A program made the translations under genes and the position numbers. 64,000 nucleotides of DNA from Bacteroidia bacterium (GTDB taxonomy: Bacteria; Bacteroidota; Bacteroidia; UKL13-3). Shown piece by piece: positions 39,215 through 49,120 of this stretch; position 1 is the stretch's first letter, and every line of letters begins with the position of its first letter. Location of the stretch: NCBI GenBank assembly GCA_025454875.1, contig JALONP010000004.1:7484-71483 (forward strand). The letters run 5' to 3'. The notes beneath the pieces are model-generated. The model had not been told where the DNA came from. It worked only from the letters and a program-made list of their open reading frames with translations, and did no database searches.

Positions 39215-42200
39215 ATGAGTCGTTACAATTTAATGAATAGCGCCTTGGGTTGGATAACCTTTTTGATAGCGCTGGCCACTTACACGTTAACTTTAGAGCC
39301 AACAGTAAGTTTTTGGGATTGCGGAGAATTTATTTCTGCCTCATACCGTTTGCAAATTTGCCATCCACCGGGAGCTCCGCTCTTTTTGATGATTGGCCGT
39401 TTGTTTTCATTAATGGCAGGAACAGATATTACCCAAGTTGCGTTTTGGGTGAACATGGTATCGGCTGTTACAAGTGCACTAACAGTGGTGTTCTTTTTTT
39501 GGACCATTACCCATTTGGCCAAAAAGATGGTAACTAAGGAGGCTGAGCCAACAGGTGCTCATACCGCAGCCATTATGATTAGTGGATTGGTGGGTGCGCT
39601 TACGCTTACATGGAGCGATACCTTTTGGTTCTCAGCAGTTGAGGCAGAGGTGTATGCTTCTTCGTCCTTTTTTACCGCCCTTACTTTTTGGTGCATTCTA
39701 AAATGGGAAAACGTTGCCAACGAAAAACACAGCGACCGTTGGATTATCTTAATCGCTTACCTTATCGGATTGGCTATTGGGGTCCATTTGCTCAATTTGC
39801 TTGTAATACCTGCTATTGTATACGTTTACTATTTTAAAAAATATACGTTTACCCGCGCAGGATTCATCAAGGCATCGGGAGTTGCTGTTTTGGCAATTGG
39901 AATTGTGCAGTTTTTAATCATTCCGGGTGTACCAAGTTTAATGGCCAAATTTGATTATGTATTTGTAAATACATTAGGAATTGGTTTTAACACTGGCGTG
40001 TACTTTTTATTGTTGCTTATTGCTGCGGCAATTGGTTTGTTCCTGCACTTCACCCACACTGGGTCACGTAAAAGCCTGATAGGCGGATTTGTAGCTTATG
40101 GCTTGTTGGCAATTGGTTCACTTGCGTTAAATGCTTCGGCTGTTTCATTAGTGCTTATTGCGGTAATCTCAGGAGTATTGTACTATTTATTTTTTGTGCT
40201 CCAAAATGCACGTGTGTGGTTAAATACGGCTATCTTAAGTGTTGCCTATATTATTATTGGATACTCATCGTATGCAATGATTATGATTCGTTCAGCAGCC
40301 GAGCCTGTTATCGACATGAACAATCCTGAAAATCCATTTAACCTTGTTTCGTATATTAACCGTGAACAGTATGGCGATAACCCGTTGGTATATGGTCAAT
40401 ATTTTTATGCACGCGTAATTGATGTTGAGAAAGGAGCAACCAAATACCGCAAAGCTGAAAACACATACGAAGAGGCGGGCACCGATTTAAAGCGTGTGTA
40501 CGACCCAAAAGATTGTACCATTTTGCCACGTATGTGGGCAGACAGACCTGACTATATTCAAGCATACCGCCAATGGGAAAAGATACCCGAAGGCAAACGA
40601 GCAACCTTTGGTAAAAACATGCATTTTATGTTTGATTACCAACTTGGCTTTATGTATGGCCGCTACTTTATGTGGAACTTTGTAGGTCGTCAAAATGATG
40701 ACCAAGGATTTGGTGATATCACGCGAGGCAACTGGATGAGTGGCATCAAACCCATTGATGAAGCCCGCTTAGGTCCGCAATCAAATTTGCCCGATGCTAT
40801 GAAAAACAAAGCCAACAATACCTATTTCTTCTTGCCATTATTGTTGGGTTTAATTGGTTTGTATTACCACTACAAAAAAGCAAAAGAAGATGCAATCGTT
40901 ATTACAACATTGTTCCTATTTACAGGAGCATTTATTGTATTGTATCTAAACTTCCCTGCACACCAACCTCGTGAGCGTGATTATGCGTATGTGGGTTCAT
41001 TCCAAACCTTTATTATTTGGATTGGTATCGGTGTATTGGCCATTATTGATTGGTTATCGAAAAAAATCAATTTCTCTATTGCTACAGTGGTTACTGGTAT
41101 TGCAACGGTTGCTGGTGTTCCAGTATTGATGGCTTCGCAAAACTGGGATGATCATGACCGTTCGAAACGCAGCACTGCATTAGACTTTGCTATTAACTAT
41201 TTAGAGTCGTGTCCGAAAAATGCCATTTTATTTACCAACGGTGATAACGATACATACCCGCTTTGGTATGCGCAAAATGTTGAAGGCATACGCTCTGATG
41301 TGCGTGTAATAAATTTGAGTTTATTAAATACGGATTGGTATGCTGATGGATTAAAACGCCAGGCCTATGAAAGTGCTCCTGTACCTTTTAGCATGACTCC
41401 AGATAAGTATATTCAAGGAACACGTGATATTGTTATGTACTACAACAATCCTGCAGTGCAAAGCAAGTATGGCATTAACCAAACGGATTTTTACCCACTA
41501 AAAAACATTATTGCTTTTATTAATGACGATAACGATCCGATGGCCAAAGTGCAATCACAATCAGGAGACAGTTACAATTATTATCCAACCAAAAAGTTCT
41601 TTATTCCAATTGATAAAGAACAAGTGAAAAAATCAGGTGCTGTTCACCCAAGTGATTTTGAAAAAATAGTGGATTCGATTCAAATTGAAGTTACCCAAAA
41701 TAATTTGATGAAAGCCGATTTAATTACCCTTGATATTGTTGCATCAACTGATTGGTCACGCCCAATTTGTTTTGCCATTACAACAGGTAGCGATGTGTAC
41801 TTAAACATGCAGAAATATTTCCAAATTAATGGCTTGGTATACCAATTGGTTCCAATTGTGAACGACCAGCCTAATGACGGAACCATGGGTAGATTGAACA
41901 CAAGTGTGATGTATGAAAACTTGATGAAGAAATTTAAGTGGGGTGGCATGGATAAAGAAGGTGTGTATTTGGATGAAACCATTTTGCGCCAAACACGCAA
42001 CCTGCGTAATTTATTTTACCGCCTTGCCATGCGCTTGTCAGAAGAAGGCGACAGCACCAAAGCAATTGAAGTATTAGACAGAAGTTTGCAAGTAATGCCA
42101 AGCTATAATGTGCCTTATGATGTAATGATGGTGCGCATGTCGGAAGCATATTATGTAGCAGGAGCTACTGCAAAAGGAAATGCATTGCTTAAACAAGTAG

Positions 42201-42391
42201 CTCAAATTTATGTAGACAGGTACAACTACTTTAGCCAATTCCGCAAAGCGGGCAAAGGAGGCGCTGTGCAAAGTGAGGTGGAAGAGGCAACACAAATATT
42301 GGGTTATTGCCAACAAGTAGCTACCTTCCATAAACAAGACCAAGTTGCAAAAGAAATACAGGCCATGATGCCTGCAAATGCAAATCCTTAG
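39215..42391 (+). CDS. DUF2723 (TMEM260-like) large polytopic membrane protein, a putative glycosyltransferase.
   Basis: The N-terminus '...SFWDCGEFISASYRLQICHPPGAPLF' matches the DUF2723 signature. About 10 TM helices, then a large soluble TPR-like C-terminal half. 1058 aa. Confidence 0.72.
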   Translation: MSRYNLMNSALGWITFLIALATYTLTLEPTVSFWDCGEFISASYRLQICHPPGAPLFLMIGRLFSLMAGTDITQVAFWVNMVSAVTSALTVVFFFWTITHLAKKMVTKEAEPTGAHTAAIMISGLVGALTLTWSDTFWFSAVEAEVYASSSFFTALTFWCILKWENVANEKHSDRWIILIAYLIGLAIGVHLLNLLVIPAIVYVYYFKKYTFTRAGFIKASGVAVLAIGIVQFLIIPGVPSLMAKFDYVFVNTLGIGFNTGVYFLLLLIAAAIGLFLHFTHTGSRKSLIGGFVAYGLLAIGSLALNASAVSLVLIAVISGVLYYLFFVLQNARVWLNTAILSVAYIIIGYSSYAMIMIRSAAEPVIDMNNPENPFNLVSYINREQYGDNPLVYGQYFYARVIDVEKGATKYRKAENTYEEAGTDLKRVYDPKDCTILPRMWADRPDYIQAYRQWEKIPEGKRATFGKNMHFMFDYQLGFMYGRYFMWNFVGRQNDDQGFGDITRGNWMSGIKPIDEARLGPQSNLPDAMKNKANNTYFFLPLLLGLIGLYYHYKKAKEDAIVITTLFLFTGAFIVLYLNFPAHQPRERDYAYVGSFQTFIIWIGIGVLAIIDWLSKKINFSIATVVTGIATVAGVPVLMASQNWDDHDRSKRSTALDFAINYLESCPKNAILFTNGDNDTYPLWYAQNVEGIRSDVRVINLSLLNTDWYADGLKRQAYESAPVPFSMTPDKYIQGTRDIVMYYNNPAVQSKYGINQTDFYPLKNIIAFINDDNDPMAKVQSQSGDSYNYYPTKKFFIPIDKEQVKKSGAVHPSDFEKIVDSIQIEVTQNNLMKADLITLDIVASTDWSRPICFAITTGSDVYLNMQKYFQINGLVYQLVPIVNDQPNDGTMGRLNTSVMYENLMKKFKWGGMDKEGVYLDETILRQTRNLRNLFYRLAMRLSEEGDSTKAIEVLDRSLQVMPSYNVPYDVMMVRMSEAYYVAGATAKGNALLKQVAQIYVDRYNYFSQFRKAGKGGAVQSEVEEATQILGYCQQVATFHKQDQVAKEIQAMMPANANP

Positions 42392-42481
42392 ATGGATTAA
42401 ACCCTCTTTTTAAAACGGGCTTCATTGTTGAAGCCCGTTTTTGTTTACAGCGTGTTCGTTCTGTTTTTGTATGTTTGCCCA

Positions 42482-43246
42482 ATGAGACCAGACAACCGGA
42501 AACCCAAAGAGCCCAAAAACCTTATTTTTGGAATGCATGCAGTGCTTGAGGCATTGGAAGGAGGCAAAGAATTGAATAAAATTATTATTCAAAAGGGTTT
42601 AAGTAAAAGTGACGAAAGTGAGCGCATCGTTAAACTGGCCAAAACACAACAAGTACCAATTCAATTTGTACCCCGCGAAAACAGCTTATTTCCTGTAGGC
42701 AAAAATCACCAAGGTATTCTCGCATTTATTGCTCCGGTTTCGTATCACCAGTTAGATCAATTGTTGCCCCGCATATTTGAGAGTGGCAAAGATCCATTTG
42801 TTTTGGTATTAGACCGTATTACTGATGTGCGTAATTTTGGTGCCATTGCTCGCACCGCGTTTTGCGCAGGTGTACACGCCATTGTGATACCTGATGCAGG
42901 ATCTGCACAAATAACGGAAGATGCGATTAAAACATCAGCAGGAGCATTGTTAACCATTCCAGTATGTAGGGAACGCAATATGAAAACAGCCATGGAATTG
43001 TTAAACCAATCGGGGTTAACCACCGTTGCTTGTACCGAAAAAGCAAATAAAGATTTGCCGTTTATGGATTTAAGCGGACCTGTAGCAATTGTAATGGGAT
43101 CAGAAGAAGATGGGATATCCAATGAGTTGCTTCGTAAAAGCACCTTAATGGGCAAAATACCCATGCATGCTGGGGTATCTTCCTTAAATGTATCGGTAGC
43201 CTGTGGCATTGCATTGTATGAAGTGGTGCGTCAACGGTTGGTTTAA
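42482..43246 (+). CDS. rlmB: 23S rRNA (guanosine-2'-O)-methyltransferase RlmB (SpoU/TrmH family). Start taken at the internal Met.
   Basis: 'IFGMHAVLEAL' N-terminal substrate-binding domain and SPOUT motifs 'VLVLDRITDVRNFGAIARTA', 'IVMGSEEDGIS', 'SLNVSVACGIALYE'. Confidence 0.8.
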   Translation: MRPDNRKPKEPKNLIFGMHAVLEALEGGKELNKIIIQKGLSKSDESERIVKLAKTQQVPIQFVPRENSLFPVGKNHQGILAFIAPVSYHQLDQLLPRIFESGKDPFVLVLDRITDVRNFGAIARTAFCAGVHAIVIPDAGSAQITEDAIKTSAGALLTIPVCRERNMKTAMELLNQSGLTTVACTEKANKDLPFMDLSGPVAIVMGSEEDGISNELLRKSTLMGKIPMHAGVSSLNVSVACGIALYEVVRQRLV

Positions 43247-43361
43247 TAAAATAATATAACCGACATAGCATCGCCATTGAGTTAATTTTGTTAAATGTGG
43301 ATGGAATGGATATAAGCCTGAATAATAAAATTTAGCTGAAGATTTTTGACTTACAGTTTTT

Positions 43362-43967
43362 ATGGTGAAAAATTTATTAATCATATTGATTTCTTTAATG
43401 GTTTCATTTTCAAATCTGTATTCACAAAGCACTTCAAAAAGAAGTAAGCCCGCCACTTATTTAACTTTAGGTGCCGACTTAAGGGTAGACAAATTTTTAA
43501 ATGTAAAATACTTTCCATCTTACCGCTTAAGTTTTGGCCTTAGTAAAAAGCATAACAGCATAGCCGTTTTTTTTATGAATAGTCCCTTTGGAATAGGAAT
43601 TATAGGGTCTGGTATCAGTTATAAAATGAGTAAAAAATTTAAACAAAGTAATTTTTGTTTATCTGTAGGTGCTGAAACTGCTCTGTTAAGAGGAGGGTTT
43701 GTATATAATCCAATTTCGAAATATGCAGGCGCATGGGGTCCGCTCCTGAATAAAAACGCTTGGATGAATAATTGTTATTTTGAGTTGGGAAGGTTTTTAT
43801 CCCAAAAAAATGAATTAGCAATGGTATTAGGGTTGGGTTGGATACATACGTTCAACCCAATTGAATCTAATTTCCCACAATCTTTAATTGATGAAAATGA
43901 GAATGTTTTTGGCTCAATGAACTACTTTGTTGGCTTGTCTTATAGATATAGGTTCAAACTAAAGTAA
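43362..43967 (+). CDS. Hypothetical secreted protein, outer-membrane beta-barrel-like.
   Basis: Signal peptide 'MVKNLLIILISLMVSFSNLYSQ' and an aromatic C-terminus '...SYRYRFKLK'. Confidence 0.4.
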   Translation: MVKNLLIILISLMVSFSNLYSQSTSKRSKPATYLTLGADLRVDKFLNVKYFPSYRLSFGLSKKHNSIAVFFMNSPFGIGIIGSGISYKMSKKFKQSNFCLSVGAETALLRGGFVYNPISKYAGAWGPLLNKNAWMNNCYFELGRFLSQKNELAMVLGLGWIHTFNPIESNFPQSLIDENENVFGSMNYFVGLSYRYRFKLK

Positions 43968-44074
43968 GTTACAATACGTAGCAGCAAGAATGTTCAACCA
44001 CCCACTCCTCACTATTAAGCATGCATTTACCGACTCTAGTTATTAAAACGCCATCTTATCACACTGAAACAAAT

Positions 44075-44295
44075 ACCTTGCTCCGCTGAAGCTGCGCGAA
44101 GGCGAGCCTTGTTCCGCTGAAGCTTCGCGAAGGCGAGCCTTGTTCCGCTGAAGCTTCGCGAAGGCGAGCCTTGCTCCGCTGAAGCTTCGCGAAGGCGAGC
44201 CTTGTTCCGTTGAAGCTTCGCCAAGGCGAGCCTTGCTCTGCTGAAGCTTCGCAAAACTAAAACAGCTCGGCAACATCATAACCGTTCAGTGCCCC
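44075..44295 (+). repeat. GC-rich composite repeat element, copy A: a 32-bp unit ('ccttgctccgctgaagcttcgcgaaggcgagc') repeated about 5.7 times, plus a conserved tail of about 45 bp.
   Basis: Perfect or near-perfect 32-bp tandem units from 44075 to about 44258, each holding overlapping palindromes (gaagcttc / cttcgcgaag). Tail 'ttcgcaaaactaaaacagctcggcaacatcataaccgttcagtgc'. About 60% GC in a roughly 38% GC genome. Confidence 0.8.
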
Positions 44296-44514
44296 CCTAC
44301 CGAGTGCATTACACATGTTGGGAGAATAACTGTTTAAAAACGACTCCGCTTAGTACCAATAACGATTGGTTACATTAGAAAAAACTCCATTCAAATAAAA
44401 CACGTGTCATATTTACACTAATGCCCCCTGTCACACCTAATTTTTATCTACAATTGCCTATTAATAAAGCGAAAACACCCATAAAAAAGCACAAACCATC
44501 ACTTAATCAGATAT

Positions 44515-47500
44515 ATGAAACAAACACTTACTACTCCATTAACAAGAAATTTAGCTAAAGCCTATCCATTTCTTGCTGTCTTATTTTTACTGTTTTCGAG
44601 TACAACCAATACCAATGCTCAATGTATTGGAACTCGCCAACAATTTGGACCTTTTGTAGCTCCAGAACCTGGGGCTCCAGATGTTAGTTGGGATAATAGA
44701 ACTCAGTTTTTAGCTAACTGGAGTTTGGTTACACTAAAAGCTGGCAATTCTTACACCTTTTCGGGAGCTTATCTCATATTCAATCAATCCTTTCTGCATG
44801 CAAATACAGAGCTAACCTTAACCGATACCAACAACAATGTGTTGGCATTTGGTACGTCTCCAATCAGGTATGTTCCTACAACCAATATGGTAGTAAGGTT
44901 GCATCAATTTTCACAGAATGGCGCTTGCGGCTCAACTGAAAGTGGAAATGGAAGCAACGGTCACCGCTTTTTTATTAGTACGGCTGCATGTGTTCGCATA
45001 ACCAGCAATACTGGAGCAACCTGCCCAGAAATTGCAAATGGCAGTGCGACTATTGTTGTGGATTCGAGCTCGGGTGCAAATACATTTACTTGGTCGCCAA
45101 GCGGAGGTACTGCAGCAACAGCAAGTGGGTTAGCTCCTGGAAATTACACTTGTACTATTACAAATGCATGTAGTACCACCATTATGCTTCCTGTTGTAAT
45201 TGAAAACTTAGCGCCAACTGCAGCCATTACCAATACTACGGATACCGTTATTTGCGTTGGACAAACAGCCACTTTACAGGCAAGCTTACCTGGCAATCCA
45301 ACGATCACTTCTTATATGTGGAGCAATGGTGATACCAATGCTGCCATCAATGCAGGTATAGGTAACTACACAGTGGTGTTAAAAACACCTAATGGTTGCT
45401 CATCTAAACCATCTCCTGTTAAGCAAGTTGTTGCGAAACAACTTCCAACACTCGCTGTTCAAACGGTAAGTAATAATTTATGTTTTGTAGAAAGAACGAC
45501 CTTATCGGTAGATGTTACGGGTATTAATGCGCCAACTTACTTATGGAGCAATGGCTCCACGTTAGCTTCTCCAACCGTTGGCCCTGGTAAATATTCTGTT
45601 GTTGTTACCGAAGCAGGAGGTTGCAAATACAATTCCGATACTTTAACAATAATTGAGAAACTAGGAAAAGCAACCATCGTTACATCTGATACCCAACTTT
45701 GTGCAAACCAAACCAAGATTTTAGGGGCCTTCATTCCTGATAATAGGTTTGTGTCATCTGTAATTTCGAGTAGAGGTTTCGTAGGTAATATTAACGATAT
45801 CATTGGCTCACCCAACAATTCAAGTTCGTTTTTACAAACATCCAGTGAGGTTGAAATGGTTTTAGGCTTTAGTAATCCGATTCCAATAAACTATGTTGCT
45901 GTTTATGAAAAAGGCAGATTTGGAATGATCGACAGCGTTTCAATTAAAAATCCAAATACGAATCAATGGGAACTTGTGTATAGCAAAAAAGCCACACTCG
46001 ACTTTACGCAGCCACTTGGAATTACGACCCGCATTGTGTTCCCACTTACAACTTACACTGTTTCAGAAGTAAAAATACATGCCACATTAATTAACTTTCA
46101 AACGACACTTATTGATGCGGTTGAAATTGGAAGGCCTATACCAGCAACAAATTATTTATGGAGTACAGGATCAACTTCATCTATTATTAATGCAGCGGTG
46201 GGCAGCTATGCAGCCATATTAACGGATACTTCTGGCTGCCGCTTCGCAACTGATACGTTAGTATTAGAAGAAAAAATTGGCGTGGCACAAATTATCAGTT
46301 CAGCAGAACCTATTTGTGCCTATGATACAAAACCCTTAACAGCCATTGCCCAAGAAAAACAATGGGCTGGTTCAGTAATTTCACATAATGGATTAAACCC
46401 TGATGCCATCACGGGGCCAATAAATACACAACCTTGGTATGGTATTGCAAGTACAGGCTCACCCAATCATTTTATTGAGGTCAAATTTAGCCAGCCTATG
46501 CTAATCAACTTTATAAACATATATGAATTGGGGACTTTTGGAACCTTGGATAGTGTTTTTGTAAAAAACCCAAATACCAACCAGTGGGAACCTGTTTACG
46601 GTAGAGTTCGTCCTAGTTCAATTAATAACAATGCACCTCAAAATGTTGTGTCTCATATTGAGTTTCCATTAACTACGTTTCCAGTTTCAGAAGTTAGGAT
46701 TCAGGCTTACTATATTAGCTTTTACAATATCATTATTGATGCAGTTGAAATTGGCCGTGATGTGCCAGTGGCGAACTACAAATGGAGTACCAACGCCACA
46801 ACAGATACTATTTTTGCCATGCCTGGTAAATATGCTGTTGAATTAAGAACAGTTGGAACAGCGGGGTGCAGGTTCGTTTCTGACTCAACAGAAGTTGCAT
46901 TAAAAGTTTTACCCGAACCAATTGTAAATATTCAAGAGATTTCTACAATAAACCCAATTGCTTCTATAGGTGGTACTGCAACCGCTAGCGATAAATACTT
47001 TAACAACGACCCTGAAGAAGCGTTTGATGGAGATTTAGTTATCAAAGGTTGGGCTGGTGTTAATCTACCCGCACAATTAAACTATGATTTTGGCACTGGT
47101 AACGCTAAAACAGTAACAAGTTACAAATTGTATTGCAACCCTACTCAAGAAGGTGGCTGGGGTAATGGATACAGCCCAAAAAGATGGCGGTTTGAAGGAT
47201 ATGATGGTGCAAATTGGATAGTATTGGATTCACAATCGTTGGCGAGTTTTCCAGATGCTACTTGGCAAACCTATACCTTTACGAATGCCAACGCTTACCA
47301 AAAGTATAGAATTAATATTATAGAAAACATCAACGAGCAAACTGGCAGCGGTGCTTATGTTTACATTACAGAGATGCAGTTGTTAACTGATGCAGTCTTT
47401 AATAATTGTGACAACAAATTATTTCTAGCTACTGTTGATGAGCAATCGTTACCAGCAAATTATCAGTGGAAGGTAGATGGAAAAAATGTGGGTGCTAATA

Positions 47501-48687
47501 ACGATACCCTATCATTACAAAATTTTGCAAAATCAAGCTCGATTACATGTGTAGTAAGTCGTGCCAATGCTTGTTTGCCCGCCCCAACCACAACATCAAA
47601 TGCAATTATCCTCAATACTGGTACAGTAATGAATGTGGTAGATACAGCAATATGCAGTGGCCAAACTTTTACATATAACGCTGTAACGTATAATACAACA
47701 GGAGTATATACTGATACATTGCTCGCAGCTTCGGGTTGCGATAGTATAGTAGGATTGCTATTAACGGTTGCAAATCCTGTTATCGTAACGGTAAACAGTG
47801 GCTCTATTTGCAAAGGTGATACATTTGAAATTACTCCAAGTGGTGCATTTAGCTACACCATTGATGGAGGGGGGAGTTTCAGGGTGTCTCCCGCTAATAC
47901 AACCATTTATTTCATTACAGGTACTGATGAGTTTGGTTGCATCAGTCAGAACCCTGCAGCAAGCACAGTAAACGTAAATGTACCATCTGTTTTACTGATA
48001 TCTTCTGCTGACACTATTTTATGTAGAGGAGAGGGTACAACACTAACAGCAAATGGCTCATTAAACTACACATGGAGCACGGGTGATACCACGCGAACAA
48101 TTTCAATTTCACCAAACAGCACCCGTACCTACAGTGTAAGCGGAGTGGATGCAAATGGTTGTAAGAGCGTGGATTCAGCCTCAAAAACGGTAATTGTAAA
48201 TGCATTGCCAACCGTATCTATTACTGCAGCAGACACGGTAGTGTGTATTGGCCAAAGCACCACGTTAACTGCAGCAGGTGCACTTAATTATACCTGGAGT
48301 ACAGGAGCAGCTACAAACCCCATTACCATTTCGCCAACGGCCTTAACAACATATTCGGTTGTTGGAACAGATGCAAATGGATGCGCTGGAACTGATACCA
48401 TTGCAATTGATGCAATTGTTTGTGCATCGATTGATGAACAAACGAAAGGTGCTTCGTTAACATTTGTGCTGATGCCTAATCCAAATAATGGAACATTTAC
48501 CATCGACTTCCCTGAGTTCAAAAAATCAGCTACAATTCAAATCTTCAACTTATTGGGAGAAGAAGTTTACTCAGAGCAAATGATGAGTAGTAGCCATTTG
48601 TTTACTAACCATTTATCAAGTGGTATTTATACTGTTAGGCTTTCATCAGACAAGAATACTCAAACGCAAAAACTTGTAATCCAATAA
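44515..48687 (+). CDS. T9SS cargo protein with discoidin (F5/8 type C)-like domains and Ig-like (SprB/HYR-type) repeats.
   Basis: Signal peptide. Two divergent plus one canonical galactose-binding-like domain ('...GWAGVNLPAQLNYDFG...YRINIIENI...'). Repeated Cys-containing Ig-like modules ('YTWSTGDTT...GCKSVDS'). C-terminal type-A T9SS domain '...MPNPNNGTFTIDF...GIYTVRLSSDKNTQTQKLVIQ'. Confidence 0.8.
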   Translation: MKQTLTTPLTRNLAKAYPFLAVLFLLFSSTTNTNAQCIGTRQQFGPFVAPEPGAPDVSWDNRTQFLANWSLVTLKAGNSYTFSGAYLIFNQSFLHANTELTLTDTNNNVLAFGTSPIRYVPTTNMVVRLHQFSQNGACGSTESGNGSNGHRFFISTAACVRITSNTGATCPEIANGSATIVVDSSSGANTFTWSPSGGTAATASGLAPGNYTCTITNACSTTIMLPVVIENLAPTAAITNTTDTVICVGQTATLQASLPGNPTITSYMWSNGDTNAAINAGIGNYTVVLKTPNGCSSKPSPVKQVVAKQLPTLAVQTVSNNLCFVERTTLSVDVTGINAPTYLWSNGSTLASPTVGPGKYSVVVTEAGGCKYNSDTLTIIEKLGKATIVTSDTQLCANQTKILGAFIPDNRFVSSVISSRGFVGNINDIIGSPNNSSSFLQTSSEVEMVLGFSNPIPINYVAVYEKGRFGMIDSVSIKNPNTNQWELVYSKKATLDFTQPLGITTRIVFPLTTYTVSEVKIHATLINFQTTLIDAVEIGRPIPATNYLWSTGSTSSIINAAVGSYAAILTDTSGCRFATDTLVLEEKIGVAQIISSAEPICAYDTKPLTAIAQEKQWAGSVISHNGLNPDAITGPINTQPWYGIASTGSPNHFIEVKFSQPMLINFINIYELGTFGTLDSVFVKNPNTNQWEPVYGRVRPSSINNNAPQNVVSHIEFPLTTFPVSEVRIQAYYISFYNIIIDAVEIGRDVPVANYKWSTNATTDTIFAMPGKYAVELRTVGTAGCRFVSDSTEVALKVLPEPIVNIQEISTINPIASIGGTATASDKYFNNDPEEAFDGDLVIKGWAGVNLPAQLNYDFGTGNAKTVTSYKLYCNPTQEGGWGNGYSPKRWRFEGYDGANWIVLDSQSLASFPDATWQTYTFTNANAYQKYRINIIENINEQTGSGAYVYITEMQLLTDAVFNNCDNKLFLATVDEQSLPANYQWKVDGKNVGANNDTLSLQNFAKSSSITCVVSRANACLPAPTTTSNAIILNTGTVMNVVDTAICSGQTFTYNAVTYNTTGVYTDTLLAASGCDSIVGLLLTVANPVIVTVNSGSICKGDTFEITPSGAFSYTIDGGGSFRVSPANTTIYFITGTDEFGCISQNPAASTVNVNVPSVLLISSADTILCRGEGTTLTANGSLNYTWSTGDTTRTISISPNSTRTYSVSGVDANGCKSVDSASKTVIVNALPTVSITAADTVVCIGQSTTLTAAGALNYTWSTGAATNPITISPTALTTYSVVGTDANGCAGTDTIAIDAIVCASIDEQTKGASLTFVLMPNPNNGTFTIDFPEFKKSATIQIFNLLGEEVYSEQMMSSSHLFTNHLSSGIYTVRLSSDKNTQTQKLVIQ

Positions 48688-48704
48688 AAGTTCATTTAGA
48701 TCAC

Positions 48705-48743
48705 AAACGCGCCCTTCGATTACATCGAAGGGCGCGTTTTTTT
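48705..48743 (+). terminator. Rho-independent terminator of the 1390-aa T9SS gene.
   Basis: 'aacgcgcccttcgaTTACAtcgaagggcgcgttttttt': a 13-bp perfect stem followed by T7. Confidence 0.85.
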
Positions 48744-48990
48744 GGAATTCAGTATTTCAACTCTATGCATCTTAACTATCCTAGATACTAAAGTATAGTA
48801 TCCGCGTTCTTACTATTAAATCAAAATCTTAACCATCAAAAGCAATATCCTAAACTATTTTTCTTATTGGTTACTCTAACAACACCATTCACCAAACCCT
48901 AAAATTCAATACCTGATCTTGCTTTGCAATCCATTATTAATGGCACTATGGCAGGAAACAAACTCCTGTTTCAACACAAAAGATACAGCA

Positions 48991-49115
48991 CCTTGCTCCG
49001 CTGAAGCTTCGCGAAGGCGAGCCTTGCTCCGCTAAAGCTTCGCGAAAACAAGCTTTGCTCTAATTAGGTTTCGCAAAACTAAAACAGCTCGGCAACATCA
49101 TAACCGTTGAGTGCT
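48991..49115 (+). repeat. GC-rich composite repeat element, copy B: two 32-bp units plus a degenerate unit and the same conserved tail, in the same orientation as copy A.
   Basis: 'ccttgctccgctgaagcttcgcgaaggcgagc ccttgctccgctaaagcttcgcgaaaacaagc ...ttcgcaaaactaaaacagctcggcaacatcataaccgttgagtgc'. The tail is nearly identical to copy A. Confidence 0.78.
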
Positions 49116-49120
49116 CTATA

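Noticed and set aside
44075-44262. Possibility that the 32-bp tandem array is a CRISPR array.
   Set aside because: The units abut directly with no spacers, and there are no cas genes in the window. It is a minisatellite or REP-like array, not CRISPR.
44036-44279. Two overlapping minus-strand ORFs (72 and 78 aa) translating to repetitive 'AKLQRNKARLREASAEQGSPSRSFSG...'.
   Set aside because: They lie entirely within the 32-bp tandem DNA repeat array. The periodic peptide is an artefact of translating the repeat, and there is no start or RBS context.
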